This document shows, in pieces, positions 49,724-61,321 of a stretch of 64,000 nucleotides of DNA. Source of the stretch: Scyliorhinus canicula (taxonomy: Eukaryota); the NCBI RefSeq assembly GCF_902713615.1, contig NW_024055490.1, positions 529,262 to 593,261 of the forward strand, read 5' to 3'. A program made the translations under genes and the position numbers. Within the stretch, counting starts at the first letter, position 1. Every line of letters begins with the position of its first letter. The notes beneath the pieces are model-generated. The model saw only the letters and a list, made by a program, of their open reading frames with translations. It ran no database searches and was not told the DNA's origin.

Positions 49724-50222
49724 GGCGGCTGGGTCGTGACGAAGATCGATCCCAACAGCGCGGTTTCAATTGAGGTTATTCAGAAAGACCCCCATTCTCA
49801 ACCTTGCCCCTGGCCTGAGATGTGGTGACCCTCAGGTTAAATCACCACCAGTTAGCTCTCAAAAGGAGAGGGCCGTCTCCGGGACAATGGGACATTACAT
49901 TTCGTTTTACATCATGGCTGACATAATGGGAAAACCATCCGCTCTTCGCTTTCAATCCAATGAAATGTACATCATTCTGATTATATCAAAATGTTGTTTT
50001 ATGCCAGGTGATAGAGACGGAGAAAGATGTGAGTTTCTAATGAGGGGGTCAACAGGTGTTGGTTCTCAAATGATGGAACTAATAGAAGCTGAAATGTGGA
50101 TGTAGCATTTGTTAGGAAAATGTTGGAATAAACGCATAACTCTCGTCAAATTTAGAAATGTTTGGTTGCTAAATAAATACAATCCCAGAGTCTAACTTGT
50201 TGAATGGGCCATTCTCTCCCAG

Positions 50223-50522
50223 CGACACCGTCTCCGCCCACTCTCTACAGCCTGGTCTCCTCCTGTCAGCAACACAACGCCGACGGCTCCATGACCTTCG
50301 GCTGTTTAGCGATGGACTACTCCCCAGAAATCACCAGCCTTACCTGGAAGAAAGATGGGCAGCTGATCACCACTGGAGTTAAGAAATACCCGTCAGTGAG
50401 AAACAAGAAGGGAACCTACACCCTGAGCAGCCAGTTAACCATCACCGAGTCAGAGGGGGGATGCAGCAAAATCAGCTGTGAGGTTCGGCACAGCGGCTCA
50501 GACAAGAGCATTGGAATGACAT
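50223..50522 (+). CDS. IGHM: IgM constant exon Cmu1
   Basis: AG|CGACA..., [15 protein letters not shown]...[10 protein letters not shown]...LTW...SCEVRH; donor T|GTAAG. Confidence 0.97.
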
Positions 50523-50724
50523 GTAAGTATTGTAGAACCTGTGACAAACAGAACCGCTTTGATTATTTTATTAACAACTTTGGTTATTTATGATACATTT
50601 ATGAAACTCTGCATAGTTGATTCTTGGCGAAAAATATCGACTGCAGAAAAACAGTTAAAACATAATAAATCATTTTATTTGTTGCAAGATCTTCTGCAAG
50701 AAATGTTAACTTGTGTTTTTGAAG

Positions 50725-51033
50725 GTGGAAATGGCATCCCTCCAAATGTTCTCCTCACCGTGAGTTCCAGTGAAGAAATCTTAAGACAGAAATTTGCAAC
50801 CATCGTCTGTTCAATCAACGATTTCCGTCCAAAGTCAATGACGGTGAAGTGGCTGAAGAATGGACAACCCATGGGTTCAGGAATTGTCACCTCTCCCGCC
50901 TGTGAAGTGAACGGGAACTTCTCGGCGAGCAGTCGGCTGACAGTCTCCACTGGGGAATGGTTCAGCAAAGCGGTCTATACCTGCCAGGTCACTCATCAAG
51001 AGGTCACCCAAGGTCACAACATCACCGCGTCTG
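50725..51033 (+). CDS. IGHM: IgM constant exon Cmu2
   Basis: [10 protein letters not shown]...[20 protein letters not shown]...YTCQVTHQ; AG/GT phase-1 boundaries. Confidence 0.97.
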
Positions 51034-51469
51034 GTAAGAGACACAAACAGAGGAAACAATAAATCATCCTGCATTCTGATGTTAATCAAAATCAGAAATT
51101 TACTAAAGTTAGTACAAAGCACAGAACAACTTCTAATTTACTGCCATGTAGTTTGTGTTTCATTCTGATGTAAGCTGCATTAGGGCTGCTCACCATTCAG
51201 GATTTGATCAGAACAGCAAAGAATGTTTCCACTACTTTGAAATCATTTCGTGAGTGAGGTGGACTTGATATCAGTTTTATCCCGAAACAGCTGATTATAT
51301 TTCAGAGGCAGTGGGTGTGTTGAACCCTTTATTGATAACAGCTCCGGGGGAAAGTGTTAAAAAATTCATCCAACCTATTTATAAATTAGCGTTCAAGACT
51401 GTGTCCCAGAGATCAGGAATTATATATCGCATTGGGAATGCTGCAATGCTGATTCATTAAAATGATACC

Positions 51470-51810
51470 GGGGCTAAACGACTTTCACAGTAGCGGTTAG
51501 CAGTGATGCCTCACAGTGCCTGGGACCCGGTTCGAAACTGACGCCAGGTGACTGTGTGGAGTTTACACCTTCTCGCCGTCTCTGCACGGGTTTCCTCCAG
51601 GTGCTTTGGTTTCTTCCCACAGGCAAATACGTGCAGGTTAGGTGAATTGGTCATCCTACATTGTCGCTGAATGTCCAAAGATTAGGCGGGGTTGTGAGGC
51701 TACAGGGATAGGGTGGGGGAATTGCCCAAGGTAGAGTGCTCTTTCGCGGGTCGGTGCAGGCTCCATGGGCCGAATGGTCCTCTTCTGCACTGTAGTGATC
51801 TATTATTCTA
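51470..51810 (+). mobile_element. HE1-like SINE in Cmu2-Cmu3 intron
   Basis: tRNA head, GGTTCGAAAC B-box, core GGTTAGGTGAATTGG. Confidence 0.75.
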
Positions 51811-51983
51811 TAATAGATTTCACAGAACTCGCTGGTTTTCTTTTGTATATCGAAGATTAAAGGCGGTCTTCAGAGGTTGATATTTTGAAGTTGCTTTATT
51901 CCCATTTAGAGAGTGAAGGCTGAATCCTGCTGTCCTGATTGTGAAGCTGAAACTTGGGTTAATTTTCATGTTTTCAATCACAG

Positions 51984-52292
51984 ATCCTTCCGGTTGCACT
52001 GATGCCTCAGTAACAATACTGCCACCATCAATAGAACAGGTCTTACTGGAGGCGACTGTAACCTTAACCTGCGTCATTTCGAATGCTCCTTATGGAGTCA
52101 ACGTGTCCTGGAGTGAAGCGAAGAAGCCGCTGAAATCAGAGATTGCCGACCAGCCTGGGGCAGATACTGAGAGCGTGGTCAGCAAATTAAACATCTCGAC
52201 ACAAGCCTGGCTGAGTGGGGCTGTGTTTGACTGTGTGGCGAGCCATCAGGACCTGCCAACTCCTTTAAGAATTTCAATCCACAAAAAAATAG
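51984..52292 (+). CDS. IGHM: IgM constant exon Cmu3
   Basis: [16 protein letters not shown]...[16 protein letters not shown]...[13 protein letters not shown]; donor G|GTGAG. Confidence 0.97.
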
Positions 52293-52499
52293 GTGAGCGG
52301 TGAAACTGAAGCAATAAGTGAGTCATTGTGTCTATTTCTAGTGTCAGTGCAGCGGTCAGTATTTAGCATTCAGCGTATTTATGGTCCATTCTGATTGGCA
52401 ATTCCACTAACTAAATACTCTGGGCGTTTAGAGTTTAAGGGGAAATTGATATGCAGATGAATGAAGAATTAATTGAAAACAGTGATTTTGGGTTTAGAT

Positions 52500-53200
52500 G
52501 GAGCGAGACCATAGACCACAAGACTTAGGAGCAGATGGAGGCCATTGGGCCCATCAACACCGGTCCAGCCTTCAGTGACGTCATGACTGATCTGCTGTGA
52601 TAATCTTCAACTCCTCTTTCCCACCTTATCCCCATATCCCTTGACGCCTTTCCTGATTTAAAATATGTCTCCCTCAACCTTGAACATACTGACCGACCCA
52701 GAATATACAGCCCCCTGCGATAAATAATTCCACAGCTTCACTACCCTCTGAGAGAGGAAATTTCTTCTCATCTCTGTTTGAAATGGGCGAACCCTCACTT
52801 TGCGACCATGCACGCTGCTGCTAGACGCTCCCACAGGGGGAAAAAAAACCATCAGGGTCTATCCTAAGAAGCTCCCTGAGAATCTTTCATGTCTCAATTA
52901 GGTCGCCTTTATTCCTCTAAACTTCAATAAGTACAGCCCATCCTACTTAATCTCTCCCCAAAAGAAAATCCCTCCATAGTCGGGTTGAACCTCGTGATCC
53001 TTCTCTGGACTGGCTTCAAAACCAATCTGTCTTCCTTAGATACGGGCACCAAAACTATTCAAAGTATATCAGGTCGTAGTTAATTGGTGCCTTGTGCAGT
53101 TTGAGCATAACTTCCCCATGTTTATATTCTATTCCCTTTGAAATAAATGTCAATATCCAATTTGTCTCCATATTACCTGCAGAACTTGCTTTTTGTGGTT
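52500..53200 (-). mobile_element. CR1-type LINE 3' fragment
   Basis: ORF 52658-52852 (FQTEMRRNFLSQRVVKLWN) and CR1 tail. Confidence 0.75.
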
Positions 53201-54009
53201 TCTGCGCGAGGACCCCCAATTCCCCCGTTACTTCAGCTTTCTTCAGTCTTTCTCCAGCTAAATAATATTCCGTTATGTTCCTCCTCCTCCCAAAGTGTCT
53301 AACCTCACATTTTCCTACCTCATATTCTATCTGCCAAGTTTTTACTCAGTAACTTAAGCTGTCTCTGTCCCTCTGTGGATTTTCTGTAATCCTCACCAAT
53401 TGCCTTTCTATTTTTGTAACTGCAGCCATAGGCATAGTACACTCATTCATTAAACAGTTTTGAAATTCATGTATATTACAAATATTGCCCCCCCCCCCCC
53501 CCCCCCCCCTCTAGTCTTCTCGTTATCATCTCAAAGAATTGCAATAAATTTGTCAGGAATGAATTACCCTTCACGAAGCCGTGCAGTCCCTGTTTGATTA
53601 CACTCTGTATGCTTAAATGCTCAGCTACTAAGGTCACTGGCCTATAGTTACCTGTTTTTGACTCCCTCACTTTTGAATAAGTGTGTTACATTGGCAGTTT
53701 TCTAATCCTCTTGGGGTAAGGTGAGAGGAGCCTGGTGTGGAGTTTATACACCAGCACAGAACAGTTGGGCCGAATGGCCTGTTTCCCGGCTGTACACTTT
53801 CTGAAACTTTCAAATCCAATATCCGTAAATTCTCAGGGAAAAGGATTGTGTCCACCTCTGCTCCGAGCTGGGAACCCGGACAGATCCCAAAGTGGAAAAT
53901 GGAAACCTTTAAAATCCAACACAAAACACATTTCTCCCACATCTAACCCGCGGTTCCATTGTCTCTGGAATTCCCCATTTTATTGACATTTATTGTACAT
54001 TTTATGCAG

Positions 54010-54401
54010 ATCCCAATCCGCGGGAACCGTCCGTCTCTGTCCTCCTGCCCTCGGCTGAAGACGTCTCCGCTCAGAGATTCGTCTCCCTCAGCTGCTTAGT
54101 GAGAGGTTTCTCCCCCCGAGAGATCTTCGTCAAGTGGACCGTCAATGACAAGCCGGTGAATCCCGGCAACTACAAGAACACCGAGGTGATGGCGGAGAAC
54201 GGCAATAGCTCCTTCTTCATGTACAGCCTGTTATCCATTGCAGCGGAGGAGTGGGCCAGCGGCGCTTCTTACTCCTGTGTGGTGGGACATGAAGCCATCC
54301 CCTTGAAGATCATCAACAGAACGGTTGATAAATCCAGCGGTAAACCCAGTTTTGTGAACATTTCCCTCGCTCTGATGGACACCGTTAATTCATGTCAATG
54401 A
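54010..54401 (+). CDS. IGHM: IgM Cmu4 plus secretory tailpiece (…[23 protein letters not shown])
   Basis: [16 protein letters not shown]...[11 protein letters not shown]; internal donor G|GTAAA at 54339/54340 for membrane form; tail has NIS sequon and penultimate Cys. Confidence 0.98.
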
Positions 54402-54428
54402 GAATCTATCAATTGCATTTCGAACTGA

Positions 54429-54443
54429 AATAAAAATAATAAA
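54429..54443 (+). terminator. Secretory-form polyadenylation signals (two AATAAA)
   Basis: AATAAA at 54429-54434 and 54438-54443, followed by a U-rich stretch. Confidence 0.85.
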
Positions 54444-54869
54444 GGTTTTTTCCTCCAATTGTGATTTAAATACACAGCCGCTTAATTAATGTCGCTTCCA
54501 CTTTGCTGATATTAGATCTGTTCAATGAGACCCGGATTTCTACAGGTCTCAGCCCCAAGTCTGATACAACCAGTGCTACCAGCTCAGATACACCCTGGGT
54601 TAGAGACACAGTAAATCTCATTCATTCCTGGATTCAGCAAAATATCTTCATTGACTTTCCTCCCACTGAGGAGAAATCGGACAATTCCCCATTTCAGACA
54701 AACAAACCCATCACATTCAGATCTCGGTGTTCCTGCTACTCTCATTGTCCATCCCTTTAAAATTAATGTCAGCTTTAAGTTGCTGCATCACACCCACTGG
54801 GAACTGAATTGCGGGTCACACAGAAACATGGACCAACAATCCCCAGTCAAAGAGAGGGCAAAGTGAAAT

Positions 54870-55960
54870 TGTTAATCCACTGTACCCTACTTCACCAACA
54901 GAGAGAGCGGGAGGGGGATTAGTTAATCCACGTCACCTCCACTTCCCCAACAGAGAGGGGAGGGGCATTAGTTAATCCACTGTACCCCAACTTCCCCAAT
55001 AGAGAGAGGGGGAGGGGCATTAGTTAATCCACTGTACCCCCACTTCCCCAACAGAGAGGGGGAGGGGCATTAGTTAATCCACTGTACCCCAACTTCCCCA
55101 ACAGGGAGAGGGGGAGGGGCTTTAGTTAATCCACTGTACCCGCACTTTCCCAACAGAGAGAGGGGGAGGGGCTTTAGTTAATCCACTGTAACCCACCTCA
55201 CCAACAGAGATGGGGAGGAGCATTAGTTAATCCACTGTACCCCCACTTCCCCAACAAAGAGGGGGAGGGGCATTAGTTAATCCACTGTACCCCCACTTCC
55301 TCAACAGAGGGCGGGGGAGGGGCATTAGTTAATCCACTGTACCCCCTCTTCCTCACCAGAGGGAGGGGGAGGGGTATTAGTTAATCCACTGTACCCCCAC
55401 TTCCACAACAAAGATAGGGAGGGGCATTAGTTAATTCCCTGTAACCCAATTCCACAGCAAAGAGAGGAAGAGGGGCATTACTTAATGCACTGTACCCCCA
55501 CTTCCCAGGCAAAGAGAGGGGTAGGGACATTAGTTAACACAGTGTACCCCCACTACCCAGGCAAAGAGAGGGGTAGGGGCATTAGTTAACACAGTGTACC
55601 CCCACTACCCAGGCAAAGAGAGGGGTAGGGGCATTAGTTAACACACTGTACCTCAATTTCCCCAGCAAAGGGAGGGGGAGGTGCATTAGTTAACACAGCA
55701 AAGAGAGGGGGAGGAGCATTAGTTAACACACTGTACCCTCACGTCCCCAACAAAGAGACGGTGGGGGCCTGAGTTAATCCACTGTACACCCACTTCCAAC
55801 AGTGAGAGGGAGAGGGGATTAGTTAATCCACTGTGCACCCTCTTCCAACAATGAGTGGAGCGGCATTATTTAATCCACTGTACCCACACTTCCCCAACAA
55901 AGAGAGCAAAGGGCAATAATAACCCATTTTCCCTCCACGTTCCCGACCAAAAGAGGAGGA
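54870..55960. repeat. 50-52-bp minisatellite (TTAGTTAATCCACTGTACCCCCACTTCCCCAACAGAGAGGGGGAGGGGCA), ~20 copies
   Basis: TTAGTT anchors at 54968, 55020, 55070, 55122... Confidence 0.93.
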
Positions 55961-56439
55961 AGGTTATGAGTGAACTCTCTGTATCTCCACCTCCAACAGG
56001 GAGAATCCAAAGGCACTTTACTGAGCTGACCAGAGAGAGGGAGATTATTAACCCAATATCTTCCCAGTCCCCAAGCAGGGAGTTTGGAAGTAAACAGTTC
56101 TCTAGTCTAAGAACTCAGTTACTGACATTACAAGGCGGCATGTAGCTTACTGGCTGAAGGCTTTAAATGACCATCTTGATAAAGATGTTCTTAAAGTATC
56201 TATTTATGCAACAGAATTTTTTAGCACCCTCGTTCCTCTTATCCGTTTGCTGAGACCGATTCCCCAGAATCCAAATCCAGATGGTGATTGAGTTCTCCCT
56301 GGGTTTTCACTGTTCTCTCCTGAGGCACCTCCTGGTATTTTTGCATTAGGTCACCTGATGTCAGCTTGCAACTCACAGAAAACACATTTATAAGCAGAAA
56401 GTTCAACATATTCTACATCGGTACCAATAATACCCACAA

Positions 56440-57780
56440 CTAGCAAAGCTACAGGCAGCTGATACAAATACACAGACAGATAAAGACAGACACTACACAT
56501 ACATGCACACAGACCCACAAACACACACACGCTCCGCTCACACGTAGACACAAACACACACATGGACATACACATAGAAACACATGCATAAACATACACC
56601 CAGGCACAAATAACCACACATATTTTGACACAAAACACACGCAAACGTGCGCAAAAATTCACAAACTTGCACATAAACACAAACACGCCCAAATTTATAC
56701 AGAGACAGGCACACGTCTACATCCACACATACACACACTAACCCACACACACAAGCGGCTACACAAATGTACACAAACAGACACATGTCCACACAGATAC
56801 ACAAACATATAAAACCAGACAAGCAGACTGTCAGAAGAATATTAAACACAAATGTAACCAATAACATGTAGATTAGCAGAATTTCACGATGACAGAAATA
56901 TTTCCATTCAGAGACAATAATCCACATTAACACACTTATGGACACACGTAGACACATATTAGCAGACTCGTACACACGCTAACACGAACACATATGAATA
57001 CACATAGAATCATCAATACACATCAATAGGTAGTTATAAACAGCCATCAACGAATAAATAGCACCGCTGCCTCACAGCGCCATAAACCCGGGTTCAATTC
57101 CAGGCTTGAGTGATTGTCTGTGTGGTGTTCCCACGTTCTGCCGGGTCTGTTCCTGTTTCTTCCGGGGGCTCCGGTTACCTCCCACAGTCCAAAGATGTGC
57201 AGGTTCGGTGGATTGGCCAGGCTATATTACCCCTTAGTGCCCACAACGTTAGGTGGGGATACGATGTTCTGGGGACAGGGCAGGGGCATGCGTCCAGGCA
57301 GAGTGCTCTTTCCGAGGGTCGGTGCAGACTCAATGGGCCGAATAGCCTCGTTCGGCACAGTCGGGATTATCCGATGATGATTCTATGATGAAATACACGT
57401 ATCAACAAACACACACACACACAAACGTACTTATCCAGACACAAACATTAAGACACTGACATGCATGTTGAACGTATAAAGACACATTAACACTTTTATT
57501 ACTGGGCAGGGAAGTATAAACTTATTTTAACACAGGCATTAATATATAAACATAGATTTCAACACACAAACGCACACAATAAAACACTCATAAATACACA
57601 TTGGCTTAAGATAAATTTACATACAGGCTCTGACACACAAATACACAGATCAATACTCATTGACACACGAACACACACAATGACACTTATAAAGACATCG
57701 GGACACACAAATGAAGAGTAAAGAAACACGAATTTCGCATCTACACAGACACAAATGATAAAGAACAAACACAGACGTCA
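56440..57780. repeat. (AC)-rich low-complexity tract interrupted by an HE1-like SINE (~57058-57390, +)
   Basis: Directly visible. Confidence 0.8.
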
Positions 57781-57785
57781 GGCAA

Positions 57786-57954
57786 GGGCGGCACGGTGAC
57801 GCAGTGGTTAGCACTGCTGCCTCACGATCCCGTTCCTGGGTCTGTGTCCCTGTGGAGTTTCTCCGTGACCCGTGGGTCTCACCCCGACAACCCAATGATG
57901 TGCAGGGTAGGTGGATTGGCCAGGCTAACTTGCCCCTTAATTGGAAGAAAAAAG
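57786..57954 (+). mobile_element. HE1-like SINE (internally shortened)
   Basis: GGGCGGCACGGTGACGCAGTGGTTAGCACTGCTGCCTCAC head; GGTGGATTGGCC...TTGCCCCTTAATTGG end. Confidence 0.85.
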
Positions 57955-58118
57955 TTACAGAGATCGATTTCCGAGTGTCATGAACTCAACAGTAGATATG
58001 CAATGACAAATATATTAAAGAATGAATTAGCAGCGGGAGAAAATGAAACGAGAATATTAAAAACAAAACGTGTATTAACAAACAATCTGATTGTATTTAT
58101 TGGGCTCTATCCCCGTAG

Positions 58119-58246
58119 ATACCACAGACCACACCTGGACTGAAGACGATGAGGATGATAACGGGAACATCTGGACAACCGCTTCCACATTCATCACCCT
58201 GTTCTTCCTGAGCATTTCCTACAGCGCTGCAGTCACTCTGGTGAAG
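58119..58246 (+). CDS. IGHM: IgM transmembrane exon TM1 (DTTDHTWTEDDEDDNGNIWTTASTFITLFFLSISYSAAVTLVK)
   Basis: Acidic spacer, conserved WTTASTF...YS..VTL transmembrane motif; AG/GT boundaries in phase with the Cmu4 internal donor. Confidence 0.97.
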
Positions 58247-58384
58247 GTGAGAAGATTCAATCCACTCACACTTCAAACTGACAGAAGCCGTTTAAAAACA
58301 CTAAATGTTTGATTGATTAAAAACTCTAACATCAATGTCCCAGATCATAAACATCTGCTTCATCATTTTCTCTCTCTTTTACAG

Positions 58385-58393
58385 ATCAAGTGA
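58385..58393 (+). CDS. IGHM: IgM TM2 exon (IK*)
   Basis: Polypyrimidine tract TTTTCTCTCTCTTTTACAG|ATC AAG TGA. Confidence 0.9.
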   Translation: MK

Positions 58394-58795
58394 TGGGTTG
58401 ACGTTCGGATGCTGTAGATTTTCCCCAGCTGTTTATTATGATCTGTGTGTGACAGAAATACAATATCTCCTCTTGGTGTCTCTAACAGTAAAATTCTCTC
58501 AGTTTATTATTCTGCATCTGTAACTGAGACAATCATGGACAGTATTTCTGCTTTTCAGTTTAAAATGTACGAGATAATTTTGGCTGTAATGTATTTGTAG
58601 CTAGTAATTTCTTTCAATGTCATGTCGAAATAAGTAACTTGTCTCGTACCTTATTTACAACTGCTGCCTTCCCTTCATGTTGAGCTCCTGTTCTCTCTTG
58701 TGTCTGTTACAGTTGTACATACATTTGGCAGCTCAGAGGGCATGTGTCCTGTTCTCAGTGTGACCCTCAATCGTTATGTTCCGTTTTGTAAACAA

Positions 58796-58836
58796 AATAA
58801 ACTTTTGTGTAATATTATCGCTGAAATTTTAATAAA
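58796..58836 (+). terminator. Membrane-form polyadenylation signals
   Basis: AATAAA at 58796-58801 and 58831-58836. Confidence 0.7.
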
Positions 58837-59220
58837 CATTGAATGAAAAATGAAGAAAATAAGACTAATCTGAACTCCTTTCTCTAAGGTCCATCGGAAC
58901 TGATCCTTTTCCCCGATTATACCGTTTTCTCCCTTTTCCCAGACAGATATTTCTCACCAGGCCTGTCTGGGATGTGTCTGAACTCACGGTCCCTCAGTGA
59001 AAGAGCCACTGCGCCACCAAGCGGCCCATCCGGGTAAAGCCAACTTCATCTCTGCCTATTTATGGTAAACAACAGAGACAGAATGATTTCACAGCTGAAG
59101 AATTCCACAGATTCACTACCCTCTGATGGAAGAATGTCTCCTCATCGCTATCCTAAATCTGAGATCCCTTACTCTCAGATTATGCCCTCTGGTCCTAGAC
59201 TCTCCCACAAGAGGAAACAA

Positions 59221-59472
59221 GATGATTTTTCAGGCTGTGTAACTGGTTAAAGCTCTTTCCACAGTCAGTTCACTGGAACACTCCCACTCAGATGTGTGTG
59301 GATCTCGGGGCTTTTCCAGTCACACTGATGTTTGAAATCTCTTCCCACAGTCAGAACAGACAAACACATTGACAGTTTGTGATATTTAGATCCTAATGAA
59401 TTGAGTGACTGTCAGATCTCGATGTTATATTTGGTTCCAGTTGCCCAGCTGCCAATCCTTCCGTTCTAATGC
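59221..59472 (-). pseudogene. C2H2 zinc-finger gene relic (start of finger exon)
   Basis: Acceptor TATTTCAG| at 59472; NVFVCSDCGKRFQTSV*LEK... then, after a frameshift, VFQ*TDCGKSFNQLHSLKNH; truncated at a CR1 fragment. Confidence 0.8.
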
Positions 59473-60289
59473 CTGAAATAGAAGTTTACAAAAATGATCA
59501 CTGTAAGAATGGGATAGAAATTCACAACATATCATTCTAGTTTCTATCGAACCTTCTTTCCTCTCTTGCTTTCCCCAAGCATGTGGTCCAGTCAAAAATA
59601 AAAGACCAAAATCAGCTAGAAGTCCCAACAAAAGTGTAGGGAACCTTCCTGACTGAACCAGAATATTGTTCCCAGTGTCTCTGAAACACTCTGTCCGCTG
59701 AGGTATCCACTGGGTGTGGAAGGCATCAAGCGTTCCGGTGGATACCGCATGCTCCCTCTGCAGGGCCACTGGGAATAGACAAGACCACGGAACAGAAGTC
59801 GGCAGCCAGAGTAACCACTCATACACATCCACAATAATAATCTTTACTGTCACAAGTAGGCTTACATTAACACTGCAATGAAGTTACTGTGACCAATATT
59901 TAGTTAAACACGGACCTGAATAAGGAAACTTTGCAGCCACCTGTGAAGTTTAAATGTCTCGTTGTGTCAGGATGAACTAGCATTTGAGGAGAATGAACTT
60001 GAATTGATACAAAGATAAGCATGAGTAAGCATCGTAAACTACTATTGCATCGGGGTGTTCTGGATCTCAGAGTTTTACCCCTGTAGTTAATTGTCAGGGA
60101 TGCAGTATAATAAACCCTGCACAAAGCAAATGTGTGTGTGTGAGAAGCATCTGCAGCACCAGGAACCAGCTGGACCAACAGAGCTGAATGTCTCCCAATG
60201 CAGCCACAGGACTGAACTTATTACAGCTTCCAAGTCCACCCCAGACCCAACCTCCTGGCTTTTCATCTACAAGAACGTTTGGGTCTGAA

Positions 60290-60690
60290 CTCGTTGGGGG
60301 TTAGAAGGATGAGAGGGGATCTTATTGAAACTTACAAGATACTGCGAGGCCTAGATAGAGTGGACATGGAGAGGATGTTTCCATTTGCAGCAAAAATTAG
60401 ACCAGAGGACACCATCTCATACTAAAGGGACGATCCTTTGAAACAGAGATGAGGAGGAATTTCTTCAGCCAGAGGGTGGCGAATCTGTGGAACACTTTGC
60501 CGCAGAAGGCTGTGGCGGCCAATTCACTGGGTGTCTTTAAGTCAGAGATAGATAGGTTTTTTTATTAATAAGGGGATCACGGGTTATGGGGAGAAGGCAG
60601 GGGAATGGGGATGAAACAATATAAACCATGATTGAATGGCGGAGCAGACTCGATGGGCCAAATGGCCTAACTCTGCTCCTATGTCTTATA
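60290..60690 (+). mobile_element. CR1-type LINE 3' end
   Basis: TTAGAAGGATGAGAGGGGATCTTATTGAAAC...GAGGAGGAATTTCTTCAGCCAGAGGGTGG...GCCTAACTCTGCTCCTATGTCTTAT. Confidence 0.85.
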
Positions 60691-61247
60691 AGAAGCTTCA
60701 GAGACTCATGAGAATTATTTGTTTCTAAAAACGCTTCACTCCAACGAAAGGATCAGCTCAATAAGAAGACATCAGACCTGCAGCGATATAAAGATTGCAG
60801 TCTACATTCCATTTTCATCATCACAGCTTCAACTTGATCTGTATCTAATTTCTGTCTATGTCAGTGAGTGAAAGAGCCGAGAGACTTAGATGCTCAAACA
60901 TCCAGGGAAAGATTGTCATAATAAATAACCTTTATTCCTTTAAAAATCACCAGTAAGCCTGCTGCTGAACTGTATTTTAAATAAAGAAATATCACGCTGA
61001 GGGTCAGAAAATATCACACAAACATCCTGATATTGGACGGGAAAGGACCACGAAATGTAATCAACCGTTGTATAACCCCCTTCAGGTAGCTATATAGAGT
61101 CTGCAGCCTCTCACACTGAATGTCTACGTGATCCATAGACACCTCCAGGCTACAAACATCAGCTGCAGCCTGGGAGTGGGTGAAAGATCTGTTGTCGGCA
61201 ATATGCCCAGGGCACTAGGACCCGGCTGGGAACAGAAACCTTCAGGT

Positions 61248-61321
61248 CCCGCCCACCAGCTGTCGCATCACCAAGACGCCAGCGCATGCGCTCTTCTTCC
61301 CCGGTGAACCAAGATGGCAGC
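61248..61321. promoter_or_regulatory. Candidate housekeeping-type promoter relic (GC box, NRF1, YY1 motifs)
   Basis: CCCGCCC 61248-61254, GCGCATGCGC 61282-61291, CAAGATGGCAGC 61310-61321. Confidence 0.4.

Noticed and set aside
36256-50222. Additional JH, D or C exons (IgW/IgNAR-type) in the long intron or elsewhere
   Set aside because: No further WGxG with RSS or Ig C-domain ORFs were found; only one V-D-D-J-Cmu set is supported.
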